From: Actinomycetes bacterium
GTDB taxonomy: Bacteria; Auribacterota; JAJCYG01
Direction of reading: 5' to 3'
Assembly (NCBI GenBank): GCA_029263055.1
Contig: JAJCYG010000065.1
Coordinates: 11,458 to 75,457, forward strand
Length of the DNA: 64,000 nucleotides
In this document: one piece after another, positions 27,090 to 37,367 of the stretch
Numbering within the stretch: the first letter of the stretch is position 1
Layout of the letters: each line of letters starts with the position of its first letter
The notes under the pieces: model-generated
Told to the model about the DNA's origin: nothing
The model's input: the letters and a program-made list of their open reading frames with translations, nothing else
Databases searched by the model: none
Translations under genes and position numbers: made by a program

Positions 27090-28292
27090 ATGAGTTCCTT
27101 TCGATTGGCATTTATCACACCTCGTTATTTACCCAAGTCTGCAGGCGGGGCAGAAGTGCATGCGCAGCTATTAGCTGAGCGGGTGGCTGCAGATGGCCAT
27201 CAAGTTGATGTGCTCACAACATGCGCACGCGACCACTACACTTGGGAGAATTATTTTAAAAAGGGAACTGAAAAGATTAATGGAGTCACGGTTCACCGGT
27301 TTGAAGTTAATGAAGATCGAAAGATCGAGCAGTTCCATTCTATTCAGAGTCGCATTTCTAATCGCCAACCGGTTTCACCTGAAGAAGAGGTGCAATGGAT
27401 TGAGGGGAGTGTGAAGAGTCAGGCTCTAGAAGATTATATTCAATCCAATCATCAAAACTATGACTTTCTCATCTGCATTCCTTATCTTTTTGGAACCACC
27501 TATTGGGGTTCTAAGCTTTATCCTGAAAAAACATTGTTGATTCCTTGTCTTCATGATGAATCATTTGCTTATCTCTCTATTTTTAAGGAAATGTTTCAAT
27601 CGGTTAAAGGATTGATGATGAACACGCTTCCTGAAATGGCTCTAGCCAAACAATTATACGAGCTTCCTGATGAAAAATGCACGATTGTGAGTTTGGGTTT
27701 TGAAAAGGGGAGAACTGTTGGCCATGAACTGTTTCGTAAAAAGTTTAAAGTGAATGATCCTTATCTTTTGTTTGCAGGACGCCGTGAAAAAGGAAAGAAT
27801 GTCCCGCTTTTAATTGAAAACTTTAGAGCGTATAAGAAGCAGAATCAAAATAATTTAAAATTAGTGTTGTTGGGGAGTGGTGCGGTTGATCTTCTTCCTG
27901 AAGATGAGGGGAATATTTTTGACTTTGGGTATGTGAGCGAAGATGAAAAGATCTCTGCTTCTGAAGGGGCGCTTGCTTTTTGCCAGCCTTCGATTAATGA
28001 GTCGCTTTCTATTGTGGTTTTAGAGTCGTGGCTCAAAAAAGTCCCTGTTTTAGTGCATGCGGATTGTGCCGTGACCAAAGCACACTGTGATGGTTCTAAT
28101 GGCGGACTCTATTTCAAAAACTATTTTGAATTTGAAGAATGTTTGAACTTTTTAGTTCAAAACCAAGAGACGGCTAAAAAAATGGGGGAGTATGGTTGTC
28201 AGTATGTGGAGCAATTCTTTAACTGGGAAAGCGTGATCAAGCGTTTTAACCAATCATTAGAACATTTTAGTTCTCCAGTAGGCCAAACTTAA
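27090..28292 (+). CDS. Glycosyltransferase family 4 (GT-B fold)
   Basis: The N-terminus PKSAGGAEVHAQLLAERVAADGHQVDVLT and the C-terminal E..S..VLES nucleotide-sugar binding region are typical of GT4. Confidence 0.65.
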   Translation: MSSFRLAFITPRYLPKSAGGAEVHAQLLAERVAADGHQVDVLTTCARDHYTWENYFKKGTEKINGVTVHRFEVNEDRKIEQFHSIQSRISNRQPVSPEEEVQWIEGSVKSQALEDYIQSNHQNYDFLICIPYLFGTTYWGSKLYPEKTLLIPCLHDESFAYLSIFKEMFQSVKGLMMNTLPEMALAKQLYELPDEKCTIVSLGFEKGRTVGHELFRKKFKVNDPYLLFAGRREKGKNVPLLIENFRAYKKQNQNNLKLVLLGSGAVDLLPEDEGNIFDFGYVSEDEKISASEGALAFCQPSINESLSIVVLESWLKKVPVLVHADCAVTKAHCDGSNGGLYFKNYFEFEECLNFLVQNQETAKKMGEYGCQYVEQFFNWESVIKRFNQSLEHFSSPVGQT

Positions 28293-28293
28293 G

Positions 28294-29355
28294 ATGCAAA
28301 TCGATCAATACCTTCCAGGGGTTGCTCCTGGAGATGCGGTCACAACCCATGCTTTAGAAATTCAAAAGACACTTCAATCATTTGGAGTCACCTCTAATCT
28401 TTATGCACCCAAGCAGCATGTTGAGCCTGCTTCAGAACATCTCTGCCGTGATTACCGTGAAGCAACTAAAAATGGGGCGGCTGATTCCACGCACCTTTAC
28501 CACTTTTCAATTGGTTCTGAGCTTTCTGAATTTGTTCCTGGTTTAAAAGGGAAGAAAGTAATGATCTATCATAATATTACACCGCACACCTTCTTCTTAA
28601 AGTTTAACAATGAAAAAGCTTTAGCTGCCTATGTTGGGCGTGAACAACTGGAAACATTAGCTAATAAATTTGATTTAGCTTTAGGCGATTCTGAATACAA
28701 CCGAAAAGAATTAGAAGCCGCTGGTTTTAAACAAACAGGAGTATTGCCGCTTTTTATTGATGCCCATGATTGGGATTCACCGGGTGAAGACTCTGTTCCT
28801 TTAGATGATGGCTTTGTGAACTTTTTGTTTGTGGGGCGTTTTGTGCCAAACAAAAAATTCGAAGATGTGATTAAAACTTTTTATACGTATCAAAAAACAA
28901 TTGAACCTCGATCCCGTCTTTATTTGGTAGGACCTACTGATAGTTTTGATAAGTACAAAGTTTATCTTCAATGTTTAGTGGAAACATTAGGGGTTGAAAA
29001 TGTCATTTTTACAGGACGCATTCCTACAGAAGAACGGAACCGTCTTTATAAAGAAGCTGATGTTTTTTTGTGCATGAGTGAGCATGAAGGGTTTTGCATG
29101 CCTCTTTTAGAAGCGATGCACTTTGGGGCGCCGGTTGTGGCCTATGACGCGGCAGCAGTTCCCGAAACCATGGGAGGAGCTGGGGTCTTAGTCAAAGAAA
29201 AGAATTTTCCTCAAATCGCAGAGATGATTCATCAGATTGTGTTGAACAAAGAATTGCGCCAACAAATTGTTGAAGGCCAGCGAAAACGCTTAAAAGATTT
29301 TGATCGTTCTAAGGTTCAGCAGCAGTTAAAAGACTATTTAGGACTAAAACGTTGA
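28294..29355 (+). CDS. Glycosyltransferase family 4-like (paralog of 29396-30469)
   Basis: FVGRFVPNKKFEDVI and EGFCMPLLEAMHFGAPVVAYD form an EX7E-type motif. It is highly similar to the next gene. Confidence 0.6.
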   Translation: MQIDQYLPGVAPGDAVTTHALEIQKTLQSFGVTSNLYAPKQHVEPASEHLCRDYREATKNGAADSTHLYHFSIGSELSEFVPGLKGKKVMIYHNITPHTFFLKFNNEKALAAYVGREQLETLANKFDLALGDSEYNRKELEAAGFKQTGVLPLFIDAHDWDSPGEDSVPLDDGFVNFLFVGRFVPNKKFEDVIKTFYTYQKTIEPRSRLYLVGPTDSFDKYKVYLQCLVETLGVENVIFTGRIPTEERNRLYKEADVFLCMSEHEGFCMPLLEAMHFGAPVVAYDAAAVPETMGGAGVLVKEKNFPQIAEMIHQIVLNKELRQQIVEGQRKRLKDFDRSKVQQQLKDYLGLKR

Positions 29356-29384
29356 CATCGGTGCCTGACCCCGGCGTCAACGTT
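29348..29384. repeat. Hairpin (AACGTTGACATCGG ... CCGGCGTCAACGTT) overlapping the GT4 stop codon. It contains the 15-mer GGTGCCTGACCCCGG (29360-29374).
   Basis: The 15-mer is identical to that at 14077-14091. A related GCCTGACCCCCGG motif occurs on the opposite strand at 4049-4062. Confidence 0.5.
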
Positions 29385-29395
29385 GAAAAGAGAGT

Positions 29396-30469
29396 GTGAT
29401 GCAAGTACATCAATTAGTACCAGGTTTGAGTGTGGGGGATGCGGTGACCAACCACGCGCTAGAGATTCAACAGATTTTGCGTGAGCTTGGGCATGAATCA
29501 AATATTTATTCAGTCTCCAAACATGTGAGCCCACATATGAAGTCTGCTTGTTTAGATTACAAGGAGCATGCCTCTAAAAGCTCTAAAGAAAATATTGCCT
29601 TATATCATTTTTCAACTGGCTCTGAATTAACTCCTTATTTTCAATCGTTACCTGATAAAAAAATGATGGTCTACCACAACATTACTCCGGCCCGTTTTTT
29701 TCAAGGCTTGAGTGAAGAAAAAGCAAAGAGTGTGGAAGAAGGGCGAACTCAGTTAAATCAATTGGCCACTTCTTCTGAAATCTCTTTAGGTGTTTCTGAA
29801 TACAATCGATCTGAATTAGAAGAAGCAGGTTACAAAAATACCGGTGTGTTGCCTCTTGTGATTGATCCTCCTAGTTGGGATGGTTCGATTAATGACTCAT
29901 TGTTAAAACAATATCGAGATGGAAAAACAAACATCTTATTTGTCGGACGAATCGCACCGAATAAGAAATTTGAAGATTTGATCCGAACCTTTTATTATTA
30001 TCAAAAAACAGTTAATCCAAATTCTCGTCTTCTTTTAGTGGGATCCCATATTGGCATGGAAAAGTACTATGCTTTCTTAAAAGCATTAGTCAATGAGCTT
30101 GATTTAAAAGATGTGGTTTTTTCAGGCCATGTCTCTGATGAGGATGTTCGTACTTATTATCAATGTGGCGATCTATTCCTTTGTTTGAGTGAGCACGAAG
30201 GGTTTTGTTTGCCTCTTTTAGAGGCGATTCATGTGGGATTGCCTGTGATGGCTTATGATGCGTGTGCCATTGGCGAAACCTTAGGGGGAAGAGGGGTTTT
30301 GATCAAAGAGAAGAACTTTCTTGAAATTGCTGAGTTGGCTGGTAAGATCATGGCTGATTCTGCTTTAACTGAGCAGATTGTGGCAGGGCAAAAAGAGCGT
30401 TTGAATGCTTTTACCCGTGAAAAAGTGGGGGAACGCTTGAAACATTATTTGGAGACGTTGACTTCGTGA
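29396..30469 (+). CDS. Glycosyltransferase family 4-like (tandem paralog)
   Basis: Same architecture as 28294-29355: EGFCLPLLEAIHVGLPVMAYD. Confidence 0.6.
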   Translation: MMQVHQLVPGLSVGDAVTNHALEIQQILRELGHESNIYSVSKHVSPHMKSACLDYKEHASKSSKENIALYHFSTGSELTPYFQSLPDKKMMVYHNITPARFFQGLSEEKAKSVEEGRTQLNQLATSSEISLGVSEYNRSELEEAGYKNTGVLPLVIDPPSWDGSINDSLLKQYRDGKTNILFVGRIAPNKKFEDLIRTFYYYQKTVNPNSRLLLVGSHIGMEKYYAFLKALVNELDLKDVVFSGHVSDEDVRTYYQCGDLFLCLSEHEGFCLPLLEAIHVGLPVMAYDACAIGETLGGRGVLIKEKNFLEIAELAGKIMADSALTEQIVAGQKERLNAFTREKVGERLKHYLETLTS

Positions 30470-31329
30470 AAGAAAAAGTGATTGTTTTTGGTGGTTCAGG
30501 GATGTTGAGTACTTCTCTAGTCCCGTTGCTTGAAGAAAAATATGAAGTCCATGTTTTTGATCGCAATGCATGTGATGTTTCAGATGCTGAAAAAGTTGAT
30601 TCAATCATTTCAGAAACCCAACCTAAGTGGGTCTTTAATTGCGCGGCTTATACCAAAGTCGATGATTGTGAAACCAATGTAGAACATGCGTTTAATGTGA
30701 ACCGTGAAGGCCCTCGAAATATTGCTGAAGCAGTTTCTCGAGTTAAGGGGGCTAAGATGGTTCATATCTCAACTGATTTTGTGTTTGATGGTTCTAAAAA
30801 AGAACCGTATACCGAAACAGATGAAGTGAGTCCTCAATCTGTTTATGGAAAGAGCAAGGAAGAGGGCGAACAGGCTGTTTGGTCTGTGTTGCCGCAACGT
30901 TCTTTAATTGTGCGTACAGCTTGGGTGTTTGGTGTGGGGGGTGGAAACTTTGTTGAGACCATGTTGAGCCTAGCTGAAAAGCATCCTGAGTTAAAAGTAG
31001 TGGATGATCAGGTGGGGCGTCCCACCTACACTAAAGATTTAGCTCAAGCCTTGTTACATTTAATTGATGTCAATGCCATGGGATGGGTTCACTTTGCTAA
31101 CGAAGGGGTTTGTTCGTGGAATGGATTCACACGCGGCATTTTTGAAATCGCAGGTATTGATATTCCTGTGAACAAAGTAACGAGTGCCGAGTTTGTGCGT
31201 CCAGCTAAACGCCCTAGTTATTCGGTGCTCGATACCACGCGTTACACAAAATTAACCGGTCAAACTATTCGACCTTGGCAAGAGGCCATTAAAGACTATT
31301 TAGAAGAAAGAACTAAAATAAAGGTATAA
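30466..31329 (+). CDS. dTDP-4-dehydrorhamnose reductase-like (RmlD family) sugar-nucleotide reductase
   Basis: The Rossmann motif VFGGSGMLS, the ~287 aa length and the YTKDLAQAL region are typical of RmlD. Confidence 0.75.
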   Translation: MKEKVIVFGGSGMLSTSLVPLLEEKYEVHVFDRNACDVSDAEKVDSIISETQPKWVFNCAAYTKVDDCETNVEHAFNVNREGPRNIAEAVSRVKGAKMVHISTDFVFDGSKKEPYTETDEVSPQSVYGKSKEEGEQAVWSVLPQRSLIVRTAWVFGVGGGNFVETMLSLAEKHPELKVVDDQVGRPTYTKDLAQALLHLIDVNAMGWVHFANEGVCSWNGFTRGIFEIAGIDIPVNKVTSAEFVRPAKRPSYSVLDTTRYTKLTGQTIRPWQEAIKDYLEERTKIKV

Positions 31330-31333
31330 AACA

Positions 31334-32443
31334 ATGTCGGTTCCTTTTTTAGATTTAAAATTACAGTACCAACAAATTAAAGATGAGTTGCAGCCTCTAC
31401 TTCAAGACCTCTATGAGTCCCAACAATTTGTCTTAGGGATTCCTGTTTCAGAATTTGAATCCACTTTTGCGCAATATTGCGGCAGTGCTGAAGCGATTGG
31501 AGTGGCGTCAGGAACCGATGCCTTAAGTATTTCGTTAGAAGCTTTGGATATTGGAGCCGGGGATGAAGTGATTACCTCAGCTTTTACTTTTATTGCTTCG
31601 GCTGGAGCCGTGGTCTCTTGTGGAGCTAAGCCTGTTTTTGTTGATATTGATCCGGTCACTTTTAATTTAGATCCAAATCAGGTTGAAGACAAAATCACGA
31701 AGAAAACAAAAGCAATCATTCCAGTCCACCTCTTTGGTCTAGCTGCGGATATGAAATCGTTACTAGAAATTTCAGAAACATCAGGCATTCCACTTATTGA
31801 AGATGCGTGCCAAGCCGTAGGGGCAGAGTACCAACAACAAAAAGTGGGCACCTTTGGTAGAACTGGTTGTTTTAGCTTTTTTCCAACCAAAAACTTAGGT
31901 GGTTTTGGGGATGGGGGAATGGTGACGACTGAAGATGAAAAATTAGCAGAAAAGATTCGTATGATTCGGGTGCATGGGAGTAAAGAACGCTACAAGTCAG
32001 AAGTGATTGGCCGAAATGTCCGTTTAGATGCGCTTCAAGCCATTATTTTAGATGTGAAACTGAAATATTTAGATGAGTGGAATAACAAACGTCGAAGCAT
32101 TGCCCAGTTCTATAATGAACAATTGAAGTCTTTGCCAATGACACTTCCTTTAGAATCGCCTGGTTATCACTCGGTTTACAACCAATATACGGTGCGCGTT
32201 GAAAATCGAGATCAGTTAGTCGATCATCTGGTTGAAAAAGAAATCGGGTATTCTATCTATTATCCTATTCCTTTACACTTGCAACCTTGCTATGATTACC
32301 TTGGCTATAAAAAAGGGGATTTCCCTGAATCTGAAAAAGCAGCTGATTCAGTCTTGTCTTTGCCAATCTATCCTGAACTAAAAACAGAACAACTTAAAGA
32401 AGTGGCGCAAACATTAGGGGCCTTTTATGTCAAAGTGGGTTAA
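31334..32443 (+). CDS. DegT/DnrJ/EryC1/StrS-family PLP-dependent sugar aminotransferase
   Basis: The N-terminus VPFLDLKLQY fits the family, and the PLP Lys region is SFFPTKNLGGFGDGG. Confidence 0.85.
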   Translation: MSVPFLDLKLQYQQIKDELQPLLQDLYESQQFVLGIPVSEFESTFAQYCGSAEAIGVASGTDALSISLEALDIGAGDEVITSAFTFIASAGAVVSCGAKPVFVDIDPVTFNLDPNQVEDKITKKTKAIIPVHLFGLAADMKSLLEISETSGIPLIEDACQAVGAEYQQQKVGTFGRTGCFSFFPTKNLGGFGDGGMVTTEDEKLAEKIRMIRVHGSKERYKSEVIGRNVRLDALQAIILDVKLKYLDEWNNKRRSIAQFYNEQLKSLPMTLPLESPGYHSVYNQYTVRVENRDQLVDHLVEKEIGYSIYYPIPLHLQPCYDYLGYKKGDFPESEKAADSVLSLPIYPELKTEQLKEVAQTLGAFYVKVG

Positions 32444-32747
32444 ACAGTTTATTGTGTTGTCGATGATTGTTGTTGTGTCAGGGTGTACAGGAGTCGATAA
32501 ACGACCTGTTCAGCCGATTTCATCTCTTGCCTCAAGACGGGGTCAAGATGGTTCCAATCAAATGTTAAAAATACCTGCCGAAATCATTCATCAAAGTGGT
32601 GAAGGGTTTGTTTGGGTGATTAAAGAACTTCTTTCACCTTTTAATGCACTCCGAAAAGGGATGGTAAACGCTTTTGGCGTGACTGAAGAATCAAGCGTTA
32701 AAGAAAAGAGCTATCCCCCTTCTTTAAAAAGATACGATTCTCAATAA
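32427..32747 (+). CDS. Small lipoprotein, hypothetical
   Basis: It has a lipobox VVSGC after a hydrophobic N-terminus and no family assignment. Confidence 0.35.
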   Translation: MSKWVKQFIVLSMIVVVSGCTGVDKRPVQPISSLASRRGQDGSNQMLKIPAEIIHQSGEGFVWVIKELLSPFNALRKGMVNAFGVTEESSVKEKSYPPSLKRYDSQ

Positions 32748-35395
32748 ATATTAATGTCTGAGATGGACCACTCGCTATGAGTGAAGTCTTGGGTCAGTTT
32801 GATTTTAAGGTAGCGTGTTTCCGTAGGACTGATTTCAATAGGAAGTATTCTGTTTTTGAGTTGGCTTTTCACGAGTCGTTTTCCATCCCAAAAAGCAAGG
32901 CCGATCTGTTTGATCTCTATTTCTTTCCAGTTGTTTTGATCCTTTGAAGCATAAAGTTTAAAGTGGCGTGGGTATTCCCAAAAAGAGGGGCCTGTGGTGA
33001 GCTCTACTTTTGAAATGGTTTCATTTTTATTTAGATCAAGAGTAAATTCCATCCCCTTTGCTTGAGGCTCGGTTGTATTCCATCTTTTTTCAGGGCGGCT
33101 AATGGCACGACTCGCTCGTTTTGATTTAGGCGAAGCTGTTGCACTCCAATTCTTTTTTGAAAGAGCTTTCCATATTCTCTGTGGTGCTTCTTTTAGTTGG
33201 TAAATTTTCCAGGCTCCTGCTTGTTTATGAGTCCACTCTAAATTTTTAAAATAAGAGCCACTTTCAAAAAGAGGGGCTTTACTTTGATGGATCACAAATA
33301 GCGGGTGTTTATTCCAATCAACAAAACGGTCTAGAGTGGTTTGTTCTGGTTTTAAGACGCTGAGTCTTTCTCGAGGGTTGTAATAAGGGAGTAGATTGAG
33401 TAGACCTGTTTCAGGTAGAGAACGTAATTTTTCTGAAAGCCATGTATCTGTATAGATAGGGCTCTGACCTGCGTTGTTGAGTTCTTTGATGAGTTGCTCT
33501 AGAGACTCATCTGTTTCAAAGGCATTTTGAGTTGGTTCATATAAATAAACTTCGTGAACAGACCAATAGGTTGCAGGAGAGCGGCTCATTTGTGTGAAGC
33601 GAATAAATCGAGCAGGAGTTGGCTCAAATGAAAGTTCTAGTCGCCCATGTTCTAAGTCTGAAAAAGGGTGAGGCCCTGAAAAATAGAGTGGGGTTGGCGT
33701 AAAAGGTAAAAGAGCAATCTGCTTCCATTCTTTTTGATTATTGGAGACTTCTACCTTTAATGAACGAGGCAGGTCATGGGCTTCAATGCAACGAAGTTCT
33801 ATTCCTGCTAAAGAATGTGATTGGCCTAAATCAAGTTCAAATTGTTGGCCTGGCTTTTGGGGCACATTAGGTGTCCAGCGAGTGATGCGATTACGGTCAA
33901 ATGCGGCTTCAGGCCCTTTCCATTTTTTAGGTGAAATCGATTTGAGTTGTGAGTGAACTTGTTTCACATCAAAAAAGAGGACATGGTTCTCAACTTCTCT
34001 CTTTTTAAAAGTGCAACCTAAAGTACTGAGATTTATTTCAAAGTGAGGCGCAAAGTTTTTTGTCATGATAAAGCCAGGATGGTCACTGGCATTGAGTCTG
34101 TTTTTATAACCCGGGACAGGTTCTTCCAAAAAGTTTCCTGCAATGAGTTGTTCTTCTGTTTTAAAAGAGAGGACAGGGGCTAACGAATAAGGAGCGTAAA
34201 CCGTATCGAGTTGAGCTTCTTTAATTGCGGTTAAAATAGTTTGAGTTACCTTTTCAAAGTGGTGCGCGTTTTGTTGGCGTCCAACAGAACTGGCATAAGT
34301 TTGCAAGCTATATGAAGGAATCAGAATCAAAATAAATCCCCAAAAGATCAGTTTAGACTGTTGGTTTAAATAAGAGAGAAAAATGCCTATGAGAGCTGGG
34401 AAGATAAATAAAAGGGGAAGGGCTACCATAGGAGAACGATCCCCGACGTAATTGCTTCGAGAAAAAAGAAACAGTGTGATCACAAAAAGTAAAGGTAAAG
34501 GGAGCTGAGCATGTTTTCGCTGCCATTTGATTTGCCCTAAGAGCCAAATGAGTCCCGCAAAAAAGAGCACGCCAATCAGAATCCATCCCCCTTTGCGTAA
34601 AAGGGTGTCTGCCTGAAAGCCCCAACCTAAAATAGCAGGAACATAAAAGTTGAAAAAAGAGAGGAAGTGGTCAAAAAATTGTGAGAGAGATGCTTTTTTG
34701 ACCATGCCAAATGAATTAAATTGGTGGTAGATGTTAAATAGCCAAAACGGAGCACTGCCAATCAAAAAACTAAATCCAAATAAAGGGAGTGTTTTTGAAA
34801 AAATATTACTCGGCCTTAAAATAAAAAGAGCTGTTCCAATGGTGATTAAATAATAACCACTTAATGGAAATTGCCATAATGCTAGCCCACTAAAAAGCCC
34901 AAGAGCAAGCGACCACTTCCATTTATGTTGGGCTTCACCAAAACAAAATTTATGTAAAAAGATAAAGAGCAGGTTGCCGTAAAATAGGGTGTCCATATAC
35001 CCGCCCACAATTTCAGCAGAAAATAGGGTCATCCATTGAGAGGCTAGGATAGTAAAGAGCATGGCAATTTGTGAGGCTTTGCGATTGGCAACTAAACTGA
35101 CCCACCAATAAGTGGTGATTGAAAATCCAACATAAAAAAGAGCGGGTAAGAGGAGGAGTGTTTTTGTATTGGCTCCAAAAACGGTAAAAAGCCCGGCACC
35201 AATAAAACTTTTTAAACTGCCAATATAACCATAGCCATAAAAAAAGATCGGAAATTGTCCTTCTAATATATGGCGCGCCATTAATCCAATCATGGCGCCA
35301 TCTGGATTAAGGTGGTTGTGCTGATAAAGAAAAAAAGTTTTCCAAATCAGTCCAGCCAGAAGAATAAGAAAAATAAAATCAAATCGCTTTTTCAT
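32741..35395 (-). CDS. GT-C-type polytopic membrane glycosyltransferase (ArnT/PMT-like N-terminal ~450 aa) fused to two discoidin (F5/8 type C) domains
   Basis: The N-terminal third has multiple TM helices. The C-terminus carries two repeats with W...Q...Q.ELDLG....IE......P..L.V.VS......W, typical of discoidin/galactose-binding-like domains. Confidence 0.5.
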   Translation of the reverse strand: MKKRFDFIFLILLAGLIWKTFFLYQHNHLNPDGAMIGLMARHILEGQFPIFFYGYGYIGSLKSFIGAGLFTVFGANTKTLLLLPALFYVGFSITTYWWVSLVANRKASQIAMLFTILASQWMTLFSAEIVGGYMDTLFYGNLLFIFLHKFCFGEAQHKWKWSLALGLFSGLALWQFPLSGYYLITIGTALFILRPSNIFSKTLPLFGFSFLIGSAPFWLFNIYHQFNSFGMVKKASLSQFFDHFLSFFNFYVPAILGWGFQADTLLRKGGWILIGVLFFAGLIWLLGQIKWQRKHAQLPLPLLFVITLFLFSRSNYVGDRSPMVALPLLFIFPALIGIFLSYLNQQSKLIFWGFILILIPSYSLQTYASSVGRQQNAHHFEKVTQTILTAIKEAQLDTVYAPYSLAPVLSFKTEEQLIAGNFLEEPVPGYKNRLNASDHPGFIMTKNFAPHFEINLSTLGCTFKKREVENHVLFFDVKQVHSQLKSISPKKWKGPEAAFDRNRITRWTPNVPQKPGQQFELDLGQSHSLAGIELRCIEAHDLPRSLKVEVSNNQKEWKQIALLPFTPTPLYFSGPHPFSDLEHGRLELSFEPTPARFIRFTQMSRSPATYWSVHEVYLYEPTQNAFETDESLEQLIKELNNAGQSPIYTDTWLSEKLRSLPETGLLNLLPYYNPRERLSVLKPEQTTLDRFVDWNKHPLFVIHQSKAPLFESGSYFKNLEWTHKQAGAWKIYQLKEAPQRIWKALSKKNWSATASPKSKRASRAISRPEKRWNTTEPQAKGMEFTLDLNKNETISKVELTTGPSFWEYPRHFKLYASKDQNNWKEIEIKQIGLAFWDGKRLVKSQLKNRILPIEISPTETRYLKIKLTQDFTHSEWSISDINIY

Positions 35396-35416
35396 AGGGA
35401 TAAGGTATCAAAAAAA

Positions 35417-37339
35417 CTACTCCTGAAGTAGGATCTCTTTGGCTTTAAAATTACGAAAATCATAGACAGGGGGTTGAACTGGAAGCTTGAAATGAGGTTT
35501 TTCCCCTTTTTCAAGGATTTCAAAAAGTCGGTAGTCCTTATTAGAGTAAAGAAGCTGAAAGTGTTTTAACGTAATAGGATCAAAATGAAGTTGGTATAAG
35601 ACCATTTCTTTGTTCATTAAGAGGTTGTTTGTCCGGTATCGAAGTGAGTCTTGAGCCAGATCAAGCATGGCGCCTGAATCAATAATTAAATAGCGTGCCC
35701 CATATTTATTACACAACTGATGAAACGTTTCTTCATCAGTGAAGTGTCCCTCTTCAAATTCTTTAACCTTGCGTCGGATTGTTCCGTTCTCAAACTTTGA
35801 ATGCAGTACAACGGGGCGATCTGTGAAAGCAGCAATCGAAGGTCCCATGAAAAAAGGAGGGACAATGGGCCCCTCTTTTTGAGTGAGTGATTCGACTTTA
35901 CGTAAAAGGTCGAGCAATGTTGGAACGGGGGGTGTGACTTGACGAATTCGACTGTGACTTAATTTGTAGAGATTAAAGCTTAAGCCACAAACTAAAATAA
36001 GAAGTAAGGTGATTAATCTTTTATGCGTGAATGGATGTGGAAGATTAGGGAGTATACCTATTAGGGCAATGGAAAAAAAGACGAGAAAACAATCCATGCG
36101 CACCATAAGCCAATAAAAAAAGATAAAACTAACAAAAAAGTAGAGAAGCATGATTTTGTCTAGAGTTAGTTCTTTATTGCGATACTGTTGAATTGATCCA
36201 ATGATTCCTGGAATGATCAATAGAGGAATGACTCCAAAAAAACTCCAAATTGTTTTTAAAGAAGGGGTGGCAAAAGAACTCATCCACATCACATTGGCTT
36301 CATAGGAGAGAGCGCCAGGCAAAGTAGGCTTGATCCCTAAATGAAGAATCTTTCCTTTTAAAAACGCATACACATGTGAAAACTCTGAAGCATGACTTGA
36401 TTGAAAGAGTGAAAAGAGAAAGATAAGAAAGCAAGCTCCTGCAATCAGGCTGATTCGTTTTGTGAGCAGATTCCAGTTTTGCGGTAGCCAATAAAGGCCA
36501 ATTAAAAAAACATAAGATAAGGTGGCGGCATAAGAAGCAAGAAAGCCTCCCTTAATCAGATGGGGCTGAGTCATGCCTGCTAAAAGAGCAAACAAGATTT
36601 GAATCGCAAAACAAAAGGGGACATTCCCTTTTGAAGGTGTCCGTAAAAGAGTCCCAAACATAAAAAGAATGAGAAGTGCGTAATAAAACTGAGAGACGTG
36701 CCAAGCAAAGAGTGAAATAAATAAAAATATTCCAGAAAGAATCGCCCATCTCAAACGTTGTTCGTTGATGGCTAATATCAGAAACGCAAATTGAAAAAAG
36801 ATAAAAACTAAAGCAAAAATCTCTCGAGGAATCGATCCTGAAGCAATAGAAGAAAGGTGGGCAATAGAAAAAACAAACAGAGCCGCGCAAACTAATCCCA
36901 GCCACCGATTCCGACTTAAAGAATAGACCACCATAAAAAGTGGAAAGATCACAAGCGAACTAAAGTAACTGTGAAACAAAATCACAAAATGATGAAACGG
37001 CATTTTGATTTTTAGAACGCGATAGGTGGTTCCAACCAACCAATCCATAAAAGGAGTTTCATCTTGAAAAGGAAGAATCCCTTCGGGGTGTTGAATTCGC
37101 GTGTCGCGCTCCGTAATGCTCTGACCTTCAGCCACCATCTTAGCCCAACGATAATGAACCGCATTCTCAGTCCAAAAAGCAGCATAGTCACTCGTCTTAG
37201 CAATCAAAGGATTTTTAAACGCAGTATGGACCTTAAAGAGGGAAGCCCCCATAAAAATTAAAAACAACAGTCCAAACACGATCCAAGTCTTTGTTTTCAA
37301 TAGATCCTCAATGTAATGGTTGAGAAAAACAGACTGCAA
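35417..37339 (-). CDS. Polytopic membrane protein, putative GT-C family glycosyltransferase
   Basis: It has ~12 TM segments and a first extracytoplasmic loop with acidic motifs (ITERD, FQDET) like PMT/ArnT-type enzymes. A soluble C-terminal domain follows. Confidence 0.4.
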   Translation of the reverse strand: MQSVFLNHYIEDLLKTKTWIVFGLLFLIFMGASLFKVHTAFKNPLIAKTSDYAAFWTENAVHYRWAKMVAEGQSITERDTRIQHPEGILPFQDETPFMDWLVGTTYRVLKIKMPFHHFVILFHSYFSSLVIFPLFMVVYSLSRNRWLGLVCAALFVFSIAHLSSIASGSIPREIFALVFIFFQFAFLILAINEQRLRWAILSGIFLFISLFAWHVSQFYYALLILFMFGTLLRTPSKGNVPFCFAIQILFALLAGMTQPHLIKGGFLASYAATLSYVFLIGLYWLPQNWNLLTKRISLIAGACFLIFLFSLFQSSHASEFSHVYAFLKGKILHLGIKPTLPGALSYEANVMWMSSFATPSLKTIWSFFGVIPLLIIPGIIGSIQQYRNKELTLDKIMLLYFFVSFIFFYWLMVRMDCFLVFFSIALIGILPNLPHPFTHKRLITLLLILVCGLSFNLYKLSHSRIRQVTPPVPTLLDLLRKVESLTQKEGPIVPPFFMGPSIAAFTDRPVVLHSKFENGTIRRKVKEFEEGHFTDEETFHQLCNKYGARYLIIDSGAMLDLAQDSLRYRTNNLLMNKEMVLYQLHFDPITLKHFQLLYSNKDYRLFEILEKGEKPHFKLPVQPPVYDFRNFKAKEILLQE

Positions 37340-37367
37340 ACTGGTTGTAAATAAAGAGGATGGGAGT

